IMG/VR virus record: IMGVR_UViG_3300021400_000244
Coordinates: 1-64,000 of that record
DNA length: 64,000 nt
Source of the DNA: a virus
Lineage: Duplodnaviria > Caudoviricetes
Reading direction: 5' to 3' (one strand)
Part shown: piece by piece, positions 28,865-39,567 of the stretch
Numbering within the stretch: position 1 is the first letter of the stretch
Layout of the letters: every line of letters starts with the position of its first letter
The notes under the pieces: generated by a model
What the model was told of the DNA's origin: nothing
The model's input: only the letters and a program-made list of their open reading frames with translations
Database searches by the model: none
Program-made: the position numbers and the translations under genes

Positions 28865-29275
28865 ATGATTGAACTCTCAAATACAAATGCTCAAGTTTTA
28901 GCTGCGGGACAATCAGCAACTTTTGATACGGTTATCCTTGATATTGGATGCGCAGAATGCCATAGAAAAAATTCAGGGGCTATTAACTTAACACAGAGAA
29001 AAGCAGTTTATGAAGTTTCCTATAATTGTAATATAGGAGGAACTGCTGAAGGAGAAGCAGAAATTGGAATAACTCTCGATGGTTCTCCACTCCAAGAGAC
29101 TATTGCAAAAGTAGTTACAGCTGCCGCGGGAGATTTAACAAATGTTTCTGCATCTACTTTTATACAAACATGCTGTTGTGAAGTAGCTAGTACAATTTTA
29201 CTTACTAACACAGGAACTACTGAAATTAATTTAGATGAACAACCAAGAATATCAGTAAAACGAATAATAATTTAA
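28865..29275 (+). CDS. Beta-sandwich protein (BclA-C/C1q-like), cassette gene 4, 136 aa
   Basis: Track ORF; alternating beta-strand pattern; AVYEVSYNCNI; QTCCC. Fold is an inference. Confidence 0.6.
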   Translation: MIELSNTNAQVLAAGQSATFDTVILDIGCAECHRKNSGAINLTQRKAVYEVSYNCNIGGTAEGEAEIGITLDGSPLQETIAKVVTAAAGDLTNVSASTFIQTCCCEVASTILLTNTGTTEINLDEQPRISVKRIII

Positions 29276-29282
29276 ATATATA

Positions 29283-29329
29283 AAAAAGAGCTCTTATCTT
29301 TAATACTAAGATAAGGGCTCTTTTATTTT
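29283..29329 (+). terminator. Intrinsic terminator
   Basis: aaaaagagctcttatctt-taatact-aagataagggctctttt inverted repeat with T-tract. Confidence 0.75.
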
Positions 29330-29368
29330 ATATAAAAGAGATAAAAGGAAAGGAGGTTCTATTAAAAT

Positions 29369-30187
29369 ATGGCAGAGACTAACAAAACAATTTCTCAAAT
29401 AAGAATTGGTGATGAAAATTATAATATACAAGATGCAGTTTTAAGAGAATCAGTAAATAATTTACAAGACAATACAGTTACTTTTCATAACTTTTATTTT
29501 TCTGATTGATCTCCTAAATGAAAACTTAGAACAAATTCAGAAATTAATAATGAAATTCCATATAATGTTAGCAATAGAGGTTGTATAAAAATATATATTA
29601 TGCAAAATAAATTGTATAATATGTCTGCTGTAGGAAATTCAGATAGCCTAAGTTGAGTAAATACGGGTCCTATAAGCAATACCCCTTCTACTGTTGAACA
29701 ATGTGCAATATTTTTACAATATAGATTTAGAGTAAGTATGCCAAAATCAGGCTATTTTTCTTCTCAAATTTTAAGAAAAGGAATAACCAATAGTAATTAT
29801 AATGTAGGTCTTAGTTCACTAAATGGATTTGAAGTACAAAATACTACTAAAAATACATATTCAATGCCTTTAACTCCTGCGAGTGGTAAAATATTTACTT
29901 TACAATGTAGTAATTATTATTTTGATAGAGCAGTAAAATCTAATAGTGGAGCTAATGGGTGAATGTATAAAATAGGTATAAATGATTTAAATATGCCAGG
30001 TTATTCTAGTACTGTATATCCATTTTTTACAGGAATTTGTTGTAGAGAAGTCTTAATAGTACAAGGTAATAGTACTAAACCATTAACTATTTCTGAGTTA
30101 CCAGTTGATGATAATTATACAGACCCCGGGGATAATCAAAATTATAATACTGGTGATGTTACAGAAGATGATGATAATCCTCAATAA
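29369..30187 (+). CDS. Hypothetical protein, 272 aa (TGA=Trp)
   Basis: AAGGAGG RBS; fragments 29738 and 29963 in frame; N-terminal ISQIRIGDENYNIQDA. Confidence 0.65.
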
Positions 30188-30205
30188 TTAAAGAAAGGAA
30201 CAAAT

Positions 30206-30514
30206 ATGTTTGATTTTGATCAAATTGCAACTTTAATTTCACCTATTATTGTTATAGCTTGTCTTACTCTTGGGTATATAATTAAACATACCTTTAAAAA
30301 TGAAAAAATTAATGCTTTTATTCCTTTTATTTGTGCTCTCACTGGAATTTTAGCAAATCTTTGAACTACTGGAATTGTAGATTTAGTATCTATTACAACT
30401 GGTGCAGTTAGTGGTTTAGCTGCAACTGGTTTGTATGAAGGTTTCACTAATATTTTAAATCTTCCTAAATTAGAAGATGAAATTATTACAATTCCTTATG
30501 GCGAATCTAAATAA
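30206..30514 (+). CDS. Holin, 102 aa (1 TGA=Trp)
   Basis: Three hydrophobic segments; IACLTLGYIIK...NAFIPFI...GAVSGLAATGLYE; lies upstream of the endolysin. Confidence 0.8.
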
Positions 30515-30823
30515 TTAAAAACAATAAGAGCAAAAGACTTTGTAAATTCAAATAATTTCTGTATTAATTTTTATGATTTTGGAATATTACATTTACATTC
30601 TTGTTCTTTTAATTGCGGAAATCACTATGCTGTTAATATGAATGGGCCTATATATTTAAAAGGTACATATCAAAACAAGGGTAAAGTTGCTGCTTTCCGC
30701 ATGGAAAGTCCTGCTCCAGTATATGGTGGAGATAGTATGAAATTAAAATCTTCAGATTTTAAATGAATATATCCAACTTCCCAAATTTGATTACCAACTG
30801 CATCTATTAAGAAGGGATAAAAT

Positions 30824-32365
30824 ATGAAAGAACCTGTTATTGACGTTTCACATTGGGATGGTACAGTAGACTACAATGCTTGAATTGAAAAATATAATCT
30901 ATGAGGAGTTATTGTTAAATGCGGCGGCAATGAAACTAAATTAGGTCGTTATACTGATCCTCAATATGAAAATAATTATAAACGTGCAAAGGCCGCAGGT
31001 CTTCATGTTGGTGCATATTATTATAGTGTTGCCACCGAAGTAGAAGAAGCTAAAAAAGATGCGGAACATATTATTGGGCTACTCAAAGGACATTCTTTTG
31101 ATTTACCAATTTATTTAGATGTAGAAGATCCTAGACAATTCCGTCTTTCAAAACGAGTTTTAACTGATATAATAAAAACTTTCTGTGAAGCTTTAATTAA
31201 AGCAGGTTATTATGCCGGTGTATACATTCAAGGTTCAGCTTGGCTTGGTAATGTGTATAAAGATGAACTAAGTGATTATGCAAATTGAATTGCATGATGG
31301 CGCTCATCTTGACCAACCGAAGCTGGTGACATTGGTATGTGACAACAAGGTATGAGACGCTTTAATACTGGAAAGTTTTATTATGACGAGACACCTGGAG
31401 CTACCGATTTTGACTGATGTGTAATTGATTATCCTTCCCGCATTAAAGCTAATCAAAAGAAACAACCTTCAGAGACTCCAAAAGAAGAAACTAAGGAGGA
31501 AACGGTGGCAGATAACAAACTTACAAAATTCTGTGATTTAATGTACACCGCATGTGCTGAGTGATCTCTTGGATATGATCAGTATCAACGTCAAAATATT
31601 TATGATGGCGGAGAATGTGATTGTAGTTCATTAGTAATTTGAGCTTTAAAGCAAGCTGGTTTTGATACTGGTTCTGCTTCTTACACTGGTAATATGTCCA
31701 GTAATCTTACAGCTCGCGGATGGAAGCGTATTACTGCAGATCTATCTCAAGCTAAGCCAGGAGATATTTTACTTAATGATACTTATCATACAGCTGCAGT
31801 AATTTCTGGTTCTGGTTGAAATGCTAAAATTGCACAAGCGTCTATTGACGAACGTGGTTGCGCTACAGGTGGAACTGCCGGAGATCAAACTGGTAATGAA
31901 ACCAATGTCCGCAATATTTATACCTATAGTCACGGTTGGAGCTGCATTCTTCGTTGGGGTGGAGGAAGTACCTCTGGAACCTCTGGATCCTCTAGTAATA
32001 CGTCTACTAAACTAACTGTGGATGGTGTGGGCGGTCCTGCTACAATTAGAGCATGACAGAAATCTTTAAAGACTGTCCAAGATGGAGTTATTTCTGGACA
32101 GCTTCGTGGTAATTGAAAATATTTCCCAGCTATTACTTCTGTAACTTGGGAACGTACTGGTTCTCAATTAGTTATAGCAATTCAGAAAAAGGTTGGCGCT
32201 GATCCTGATGGATATTGGGGTCCAGATACATCCCGCAAGATTCAACAATTCTTAATTAAGAATGGGTTTAGCGTAGGTCCTGAAGGAGCAGATAGTTACT
32301 TCGGTACTAATTCTGTGAAAGGACTACAGAAGTCTCTTAATAGCTCTAAGAATCCTTGGAAATAA
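30824..32365 (+). CDS. Endolysin: GH25 muramidase, NlpC/P60-like peptidase and peptidoglycan-binding repeats, 513 aa (~12 TGA=Trp)
   Basis: IDVSHWDG...GLHVGAYYYS...PIYLDVED (GH25); YDQ...DCSSLV...HTA (NlpC/P60); VDGVGGPATIRAWQ and DGYWGPDTSRKIQ. Confidence 0.88.
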
Positions 32366-32410
32366 AAAAATAAAGGGGTATACTCTTAACGAGTATACCC
32401 CTCTTTTTTA
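32366..32410. terminator. Bidirectional terminator between convergent modules
   Basis: A-tract, aggggtatactc-ttaac-gagtatacccct, T-tract. Confidence 0.85.
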
Positions 32411-32905
32411 TTAGAAAGCTGATCTATTTTTTTCATCTTCTAAAATACCAGCATAACCTAAACAAATTGCATCAGCTTCATCCTCAGAAACAATTGAATT
32501 AAAATTATCTTCTACAAATTGCATTGCCCATGCTTTTTGCTCTACTCTGGTTCTACCAAATCTAATACCATGTTTATCCTTAATAATACTGCGCCAATGC
32601 GAAGGAGTTAATTCTAAAATTTCAATTTGTCTTTGACGAGATCAATAAATAATCATTGCTTGTATCATAGCCAATTTTTTATATGTTTCTACATTGCCTT
32701 GATACTGAATTCCCTCAAAATAAATTTTTTCAGGATGATATGTTTCAATTAAAACATCAAATTCTCTAATAAAAGAACTTAATCTTTCCCCCATTGTTTT
32801 ATTGGCGGAGATTGAAAAATGACCAAAGCCAATTAATTTTTTATTATCAAAAATTGCTCAACCAGTAGTGCGGCTAGCTTGGTCAAGTGCTAATGTCCGC
32901 CGCAT
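32411..32905 (-). CDS. RuvC-like Holliday junction resolvase, 164 aa (TGA=Trp)
   Basis: TLALDQASRTTGWAIF...IYFEGIQ...PSHWRS...EDEADAICLG. Confidence 0.8.
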
Positions 32906-32907
32906 AA

Positions 32908-33378
32908 TTATACTCCTGTACTACCTAAACCGCCACGAGCTTCATTTCCAAGAGAAGAAACAGGAATGAATTTAATCTGCGGCTGCTCTTCTTGAATTCG
33001 GAATTGACAAAGTCGTGTGCCTTTAGGAATTGTAATATCTCGAGTAGCAAGTACTGGCATCATCCATTGATCATCATCACCATTAAAAGTAGAATCAATA
33101 ACTCCAATACTATTGGTTTGAAGAATTCCCCAACGTTTAAACGTAGAGCTGCGAGGAGCTAAAATAGCTTCATAGCCAGGAGGTAATTCCATAGCAAAAC
33201 CTAGAGGAATGTAAGTTCGAGCACCTGCCCGCAAACAAATTTCTTCTGCTGTATAACAATCAATCCAACTACCCCAACCTTCTTGAGAAAGTTCAGGAGT
33301 AGTACCATAATATTTAACCTTAATAGGAATCCTAAGATCAGATCCTTTAAAAGCTAAATCTTCTACTGCGGCCATCAT
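32908..33378 (-). CDS. dut: Trimeric dUTPase
   Basis: PRSS, GVIDSTFNG, RLCQFRI and RGGLGSTG motifs. Confidence 0.92.
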   Translation of the reverse strand: MMAAVEDLAFKGSDLRIPIKVKYYGTTPELSQEGWGSWIDCYTAEEICLRAGARTYIPLGFAMELPPGYEAILAPRSSTFKRWGILQTNSIGVIDSTFNGDDDQWMMPVLATRDITIPKGTRLCQFRIQEEQPQIKFIPVSSLGNEARGGLGSTGV

Positions 33379-33677
33379 TAAGCTTCATCCCAAGGAGAAA
33401 TCATATCAATAGGAATAGTTTTCTGCATATTAAAGTCGATATTATCAAGTGGAATATCTGGAGCCTTTGCATCATTAAACACTAGGACTACTTTACAGAT
33501 AAACCAAGATTCAACAATTTCTCCTTGGCTTTTCTTTGTTCTTAGAGTTTGAGTCCAAGAATTTAAAATATAATCATTATCATGAGCAAATTTTTCATAA
33601 AAACGATGTAATTCGTTAGCATCATTTTCATCTTCTACTCTAATTTCATTCGTTGATTTAATAAGATATTTAATCAT
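33378..33677 (-). CDS. Hypothetical protein, 99 aa
   Basis: Track ORF coupled to its neighbours. Confidence 0.7.
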   Translation of the reverse strand: MIKYLIKSTNEIRVEDENDANELHRFYEKFAHDNDYILNSWTQTLRTKKSQGEIVESWFICKVVLVFNDAKAPDIPLDNIDFNMQKTIPIDMISPWDEA

Positions 33678-34398
33678 TAATAATCCCTTCTATAAGATTT
33701 TGTATATAAGAAGCATTTATTTTTTCTTTTTCAGTATAAGGTATTCTTATTAAAAGAATATTATTGTTTTGACAATAATTATTTTTAATCTTATCTCAAT
33801 ATTGATTATTCTTTAAAGACTGTGAATCATTTTGTCAGCCAAAGAAGTGCTGCTCTCCATCATATTCAATAATTAAATTATATTGAGGTAAATAAAAATC
33901 AAATCTTAAAGGAACGTTATTATCAGAGACTAATTCTGGAAAAGTTTTTTCTTTAATAAAAGGAATTTTTAATTCTTCTAAAGATTGTTTTATTTTAAAT
34001 TCACCTAATGATTGTAAACATCCACAAGATTTTTTATTACCAAACAATAATTGATGAGCGGAAGCTTGTATAATAGATCCACAATCACATTCACATTCTC
34101 ATATTCCACCTGTGCCTTGTCCTCCAGATGAAATAAATTTTTTCACAGTCAGTTTTCCAAAACGTTGTCCTGATAAATCATGACGATGTTCACCTAATCT
34201 ATTTTTATGAAAAATACAATTATTTTTTCCACAGGTAGTTACTTTTCCAGAAGTTAAGTCACCACCTCTTTTTAACACTTTATTTCCACAGTCACATTGT
34301 AATTCTCATACAATTTTATTATTTCATCGTTCATCTGTTTTTCTTAAACAAAGTAAATGACCAAATCTTTGTCCAGTCAAATCTTTAAATCGGCCCAT
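33670..34398 (-). CDS. Free-standing homing endonuclease (Cys-rich DNA-binding repeats plus Vsr/EDxHD-like nuclease), 242 aa (TGA=Trp)
   Basis: DLTGQRFGHL...WELQCDCG twice; SCGC; LRFDFYLPQYNLIIEYDGEQH; LIRIPY. Confidence 0.8.
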
Positions 34399-34400
34399 CT

Positions 34401-34652
34401 TTACTCGCTATTTATTTTTGCCTTTACAAACTCAAGTTGATTAGCTTGAGTTACAAAATATCGAATGTAATCTGCAGGACCACGATAATCAACTTCTACT
34501 TCTTCTTGTACACTATTGGAATAATTTTTAATAAATTCTACAGATTCTTGCGGGACTTTAAGTTGAGAAATTTTATGTGTATCTCCATTATCAAGTACCT
34601 CAAAAACTTGAGTAAAATCTACTGGATTAGCAATAACAATTAGTTTATGCAT
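34401..34652 (-). CDS. Hypothetical protein, 83 aa
   Basis: Track ORF with GAGG RBS. Confidence 0.65.
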   Translation of the reverse strand: MHKLIVIANPVDFTQVFEVLDNGDTHKISQLKVPQESVEFIKNYSNSVQEEVEVDYRGPADYIRYFVTQANQLEFVKAKINSE

Positions 34653-34653
34653 T

Positions 34654-35025
34654 TTAAACCTCTACAATCATTCATTCAGCTTCAAAAAGCATGAACATAT
34701 AAACATCTTTGGTTTTATATTCTCGAATCCAAATTTCAAAAGCGTCGTCTCCATGTTGATATTGAATTGCAAGAATTTCCCCTCGTTCTTTTAGAACATC
34801 TTGTAATTCAATCACACCTTTAGTGAAACGATTATCAGTAATATGAAGAAAAGTAAAATCAGAACGTTCTTTACACATTAACATAAATCAACGTTTTTGA
34901 TTTTTACCAAACCAATCACCTATAGCAGTAAAAAAATGATTTAATGTAACTTCATCTTGTGGAGGAAGTTGTGCCATAACTTGTTTATTTAAATCATATA
35001 AAGTACCAATTTCTACTTCTGCCAT
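34654..35025 (-). CDS. Hypothetical protein, 123 aa (2 TGA=Trp)
   Basis: AAGGAG RBS; MAEVEIGTLYDLNKQ; in frame with track ORF 34672-34884. Confidence 0.7.
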
Positions 35026-35037
35026 AATTTTATCTCC

Positions 35038-35307
35038 TTATTTAATATATTTTTTAGGAAATTTTACTTGTCCATTAAGAAAAATAATATCTTCTTTTGG
35101 TATATCGTACGTTTTAAGAGTACATCCATTTACATTAACCCTTTGTTCAGAAAAGTATTGAAAAAGTGATTTTAAAGAATCACAACCATATACGTAATCA
35201 TCTGTATCTAAATATAATGTTCAATCTGGCAATGGCTGACGAACTGAGCCATCTTTATAAAACCATGGTCCACCACCATCAGCATTTTCATATCTATAAA
35301 CAAGCAT
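35038..35307 (-). CDS. Hypothetical protein, 89 aa (1 TGA=Trp)
   Basis: AAGGAGG RBS; MLVYRYENADGGGPW...PDWTLYL...YGCDS. Confidence 0.7.
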
Positions 35308-35329
35308 ATTTTCCTCCTTACGTATATTT

Positions 35330-35358
35330 ATTATATCAAAAAAATTTTTTTCTGTCAA
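35330..35358 (-). promoter_or_regulatory. Sigma70/SigA-type promoter
   Basis: TTGACA-17-TATAAT. Confidence 0.8.
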
Positions 35359-35362
35359 TACA

Positions 35363-35404
35363 AAAATAAGGGGTAGACTATCAAAGTCTACCCCATTTTT
35401 TTTA
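35363..35404. terminator. Intrinsic terminator after nrdG
   Basis: ggggtagact-atcaa-agtctacccc flanked by A/T tracts. Confidence 0.75.
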
Positions 35405-35881
35405 TTAGCAAATTTTCTTTGCATATTGATTAGAGCTGGCTAAAAATATTCCTAATATTTCGTCATAATAACTTGGAGAATTTGGAATAAATCTGCCAAA
35501 TTTAATAATAATATTTTTATAAACTCTCTTTAAAAATTCTATATCAAGAAATAATTCTTCTTCAGTATAACCAGTATAAATTACAATATCATCATCCGCG
35601 TATTTTCTAAAGAATTTAATTAATTGATATAAATCTTCTTTAGAATCAAAAGGCTCTAATCCTTGACAAACTAAAGCTTTTGTAATTGAATTATTTAAAT
35701 AAGATAAAACAATTTTATCAACTGGCACGTCATGAGTAGGACTCTTTACTAAACTAGAATTTTGACAAACTTCTTGTCCACACTCTTTATCACATTTGAA
35801 GTCACAGCAAGGAAATTCAACTACCATTGATGGCTTCTTATAGTTAACAAAATCTTCATGAATTATACCTTTAATTTTCAT
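35405..35881 (-). CDS. nrdG: Anaerobic ribonucleotide reductase activase
   Basis: CDFKC...C cluster; GLEPF; IVIYTGYT; KFGRF; ASSNQ; adjacent to nrdD. Confidence 0.88.
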   Translation of the reverse strand: MKIKGIIHEDFVNYKKPSMVVEFPCCDFKCDKECGQEVCQNSSLVKSPTHDVPVDKIVLSYLNNSITKALVCQGLEPFDSKEDLYQLIKFFRKYADDDIVIYTGYTEEELFLDIEFLKRVYKNIIIKFGRFIPNSPSYYDEILGIFLASSNQYAKKIC

Positions 35882-38669
35882 TTAGATTATCCCATTGACG
35901 TAGATTAAATTCTGCTTTACGTTGTTTAGAATAACTGCGTGTTGGTGTGTAAACAATTTCTACCGTCCCTTTCGAGATATTTTATCATATACATAAACCT
36001 GAATGTTTTGTTTTTGTTCTTCTGTTAACATATTCAAATATTGTTCCGCTAAAGGATTTTTAGCTAATGTTTCAAGTTTAAAATAATCCTCAGCACATTT
36101 TCTACAATAGACTGCTTCTTCACAAGTTTTCCAAGATTTAAAATAATATCTTTGAGTATGATAGTAAAAATCACACTTATACATTTTATCTCTTTGGCTA
36201 TAGCTAACTCCACGAATTCCTATTTGATTGTCGATTCTAACTTTAGTATTATCAATATTAGATTGACGAGATACAATTCGTAAATTACTTTTACGATTAT
36301 TACAAGAATTACCATCAATATGGTCAACTTCCTGTTGAGGAATTGGAGTGTAATTCATTAAATAATTGTGCAAATACATTAAAGTGTGATTTCTAGCTTG
36401 TCCTGTTACAATATAAATTTTATTTTTTTTATGACTTGTCCGCCAATTATATTGACAAACTTTTTCATAATCTTCTTTATCTATATAAACAGGAACATAT
36501 TCATTTTTATATTGTACTTGAATAATATAACAATCTGATTGTTCTTGATAAATATTTTTCATATTAGGTCTAGGCATATTCGGTTTAGACTATACAATTA
36601 TCCGGTCTGGATAGATGTTGGTAGTCGTTAAGACCTCCTCTCAAAGTACGAGTTGTGTCAATGGATAACCCAATCTTTTAACTTATTACTATCCCTAAGT
36701 GATTAGCTTAGCCCCAGTGTAGGTTTCCCATTCTGGTTAGTATTAAAAGCTCTAAGGGTTTCCCCATTTATTCCATCTTTCTTATTTAACGTCGCGTTAT
36801 TATATTCCTATAATATTGGGCTTCCACTTTATTTGCTTACCCTACGACTCTGGTATATTCAGTTTCAACAGGTTCGCCGCACACTGGACAAACTTTACCG
36901 TAAAAACTATGATAATTCTTACACTGAGCTACTTTACCATTAAATGCAAAGTAAGTAACACCTTGTTGTGCAACCCAATTAAGCATATACCAAGCTTGAT
37001 CAAAGTTAGTAAATGGAGCGTCTACATTAATATGTTCAATAGATCCCCCATTACAATAACTATCAAATGCAGCACAAATCTTTGTTCTCTCTTGGATTGT
37101 AGCTTTAATTCCGAGAGGAATCCATTGATTACCATATAGAGGAAGATCTTTAACTACTTGTTCAGGATATAGATATTCATCTGCCTTTTGGAGTTTAACT
37201 GCAGCCTGCTCTGCGGGAACCTGCTCAATATTAATTTTATAATCTTTATCTAATGCAAAGTTATCAATACAATTTTGAATTACCTTAAAGATACGCTGAC
37301 CAAGATCATATGCTTTATCGGTATAACTGTAGTTTCCAAAATCGTCTACTTCTACATATCCAAAAGTTTTCATAGTTTCAAAGATACCATTAACACCAAC
37401 AGTAGAATACATAGCATCAAGGTTCATTAATCCGCAAGATATATTAGGTAGTAAACCTTTCTCAACATTGCGGGCAATGATATGACGTTGAACATCAAGA
37501 ATCTTTAGATTAAGTTTAGTTAAATCACGGAGCTTAACTAAGAAATCTTGTTCGCTCTCACTCTGATAAGCAAGACGAGCAATATTAAGAGTAGATACTT
37601 TTGCAGAACCTACTTCAAGTGCAGTACCACCAATTGAATTGAAATAAAGATCAGTAATATCACTCTTTAGACGGCAACAATTAGAAAGACTATTAACAGT
37701 AGAATCTGTAAAGAAATTAAAGAGATTCCATTTGCGGGAAGCTTCACAAGCCCATTTTGCAAATTCTTCATCTACAAATTTTCCATCTTGATAAAGCAGA
37801 GAAGCCGTAAGAACAGGGAAGGTAAAAATATTCTCTTCACGAATTTCATTGACTACATCAATAAAATCTTTTTGGAATTCAATAATCTCTTCTTCTTCAT
37901 CAATCATAAAACTACCATCAGGGAATTCTCCACCACCAAAGATAGCTTCAAAGTAAGGATGATCAAATACACTTACATTAGTAAATGCAGCCTGATCAGA
38001 ACGTACCCAGGGCTGATTTAGACGATGAATTAATGCCTGAATTTGTTGCTTCTTGTAAGTCTCAGGGTCTTTAGTGTAATAACCTTGAGCTACATCACGA
38101 CTCCAATAGTAGTAAAGATATGGAATTAGATTAGGTAATCCGCAAGCACCAGATTGTCTGCGGCTAAGGAAAGCAATTGCTTCCATTAAAATCTGAATAA
38201 AACTATCAAGATGTTTTGCAGGCTTAGCATTATATCCCTGAATAAAGAATAGTCCTTTTTCTGCTATTGGTTTAATATCATAAGCAAAACAATAAGGAAC
38301 TAGAGTCGCAGTATTAAAATCATGCATATAAAGACTATATGACCACATGGCTTCCATAGCCTCATTTGCTATTTTATAACCATATTTTTTATTAATTTCA
38401 TAATAAAGTTTATTAAATACTAGTAATTTCTGATCTGGTTTTGACATTTCAGAAAGTAAAGTTACAATATCTTTCTGTGCGATATTAGCATTGGCATCAA
38501 TAGAAGTATTCGCAACATTATCTGAGTCAATAAAACCTTCAATAAAATCAGTAAAGCTAAGAGTAGCTTCATCAAATCCCTGGAGTTTTAAAAATTCTTC
38601 TCCATATTTCTCAACCATTTTATTAAATTGAGTCTGAAAATTTTTATTTAATTTAACATTTAATTTCAT
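35871..38669 (-). CDS. nrdD: Anaerobic ribonucleoside-triphosphate reductase, two exons (38669-36839 and 35953-35871), 637 aa spliced
   Basis: SNCCRL active-site loop; C-terminal Zn motif; splicing restores YTRVVG|FYTPTRSYSKQRKAEF around the glycyl-radical Gly. Confidence 0.92.
35954..36838 (-). mobile_element. Group I intron in nrdD, 885 nt, carrying an HNH ORF
   Basis: Exon 1 ends in U (GGG-U) and the intron ends in G; P1 pairing gggu/gccc; P7-forming elements ttaacGACTAcca and tgtaTAGTCt; removal restores the frame. Confidence 0.9.
35960..36577 (-). CDS. Intron-encoded HNH homing endonuclease with AP2-like C-terminus
   Basis: VDHIDGNSCNNRKSNLR; GIRGVS...EEAVYCR. Confidence 0.88.
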   Translation of the reverse strand: MPRPNMKNIYQEQSDCYIIQVQYKNEYVPVYIDKEDYEKVCQYNWRTSHKKNKIYIVTGQARNHTLMYLHNYLMNYTPIPQQEVDHIDGNSCNNRKSNLRIVSRQSNIDNTKVRIDNQIGIRGVSYSQRDKMYKCDFYYHTQRYYFKSWKTCEEAVYCRKCAEDYFKLETLAKNPLAEQYLNMLTEEQKQNIQVYVYDKISRKGR

Positions 38670-38679
38670 GCGCTACTCC

Positions 38680-38928
38680 TTAAAGTTTACAACTATCACA
38701 ATCAAAATCCGTTATAGTTTGATCATTTACCCATTTTACTGCACTAGTAAAATCTAAGTAAACATCATTAACTTTAAGGACAGGTACAGACATAAAACCT
38801 TCATTTATAATTTCATCCATATTGGAATCTTTAGAATATTCTATTTGTTTATTATTTAATTTTTGCTCCAGCACTCGACACTTAGGGCATCCAGTAGAAA
38901 ATAATGTTACCATAAATCTCCTATCCAT
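38680..38928 (-). CDS. Glutaredoxin/NrdH-like redoxin
   Basis: STGCPKC and SVPVL motifs; upstream of nrdD. Confidence 0.8.
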   Translation of the reverse strand: MDRRFMVTLFSTGCPKCRVLEQKLNNKQIEYSKDSNMDEIINEGFMSVPVLKVNDVYLDFTSAVKWVNDQTITDFDCDSCKL

Positions 38929-38982
38929 TTTATATCGAATGATTTTTTCTTGTCTATTATAATGTATTTTAGATCAAGTATA

Positions 38983-39567
38983 TTATTTAATTCTGCCCAC
39001 TATATCTTGTACTACCTGATCAATATCATAATCTTTAGTATAAGCTAACAACTGACTTTTACCAATGATTTCATAAGGATGTCTAAAATCTTTTCAATCA
39101 GTAAACATGCGGCGAATCATTTCAAAAGTAATTTTTCCCTCACGTTTAATGGATCGCCGCAAACGTTCTCTTCAATTAACAATAAGATAAATTATTATTA
39201 AATTAAATTCATCACTCTCTTGGAGGCTTTTAATTCCATCTAAATTAAAAACTCCAAAATTAATTGCATCTGGTTTGTAGCAAATTGATAAAGCATCTGT
39301 ACCATATTTCCAACCACGAAATTCAGTTCACTCTATTAAGGCTTTTCTTTTAATTAAATCATCGAATAATTCATCTGATACAAAATGATAATCTTGATGA
39401 TTTACTTCGTGTTCTCTTGGTGGTCGAGTAGTTGTACTAATTATATAATAAACATGCGGAAAACATTCCATTAGATCGGCCATTGAAAATCTAATAAATA
39501 GTTGCCGCATTAATGTATCTTTGCCTGCGCAACTAGGCCCAATAATCGCTATTATAGTCGGCTTCAT
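38983..39567 (-). CDS. gmk: Guanylate kinase-like NMP kinase, 194 aa (3 TGA=Trp)
   Basis: GPSCAGKDT; STTTRPPREHEVNHQDYHFVS; IEW(TGA)TEFRGWKYGT. Confidence 0.85.

Noticed and set aside
2-32365. TGA as selenocysteine or glycine
   Set aside because: TGA is too frequent, occurs in tandem, and aligns with TGG-Trp in paralogous modules and conserved motifs
35200-35230. Second frameshift at a TGA in the 35307 gene
   Set aside because: On re-reading, GAT TGA ACA stays in frame as simple Trp decoding
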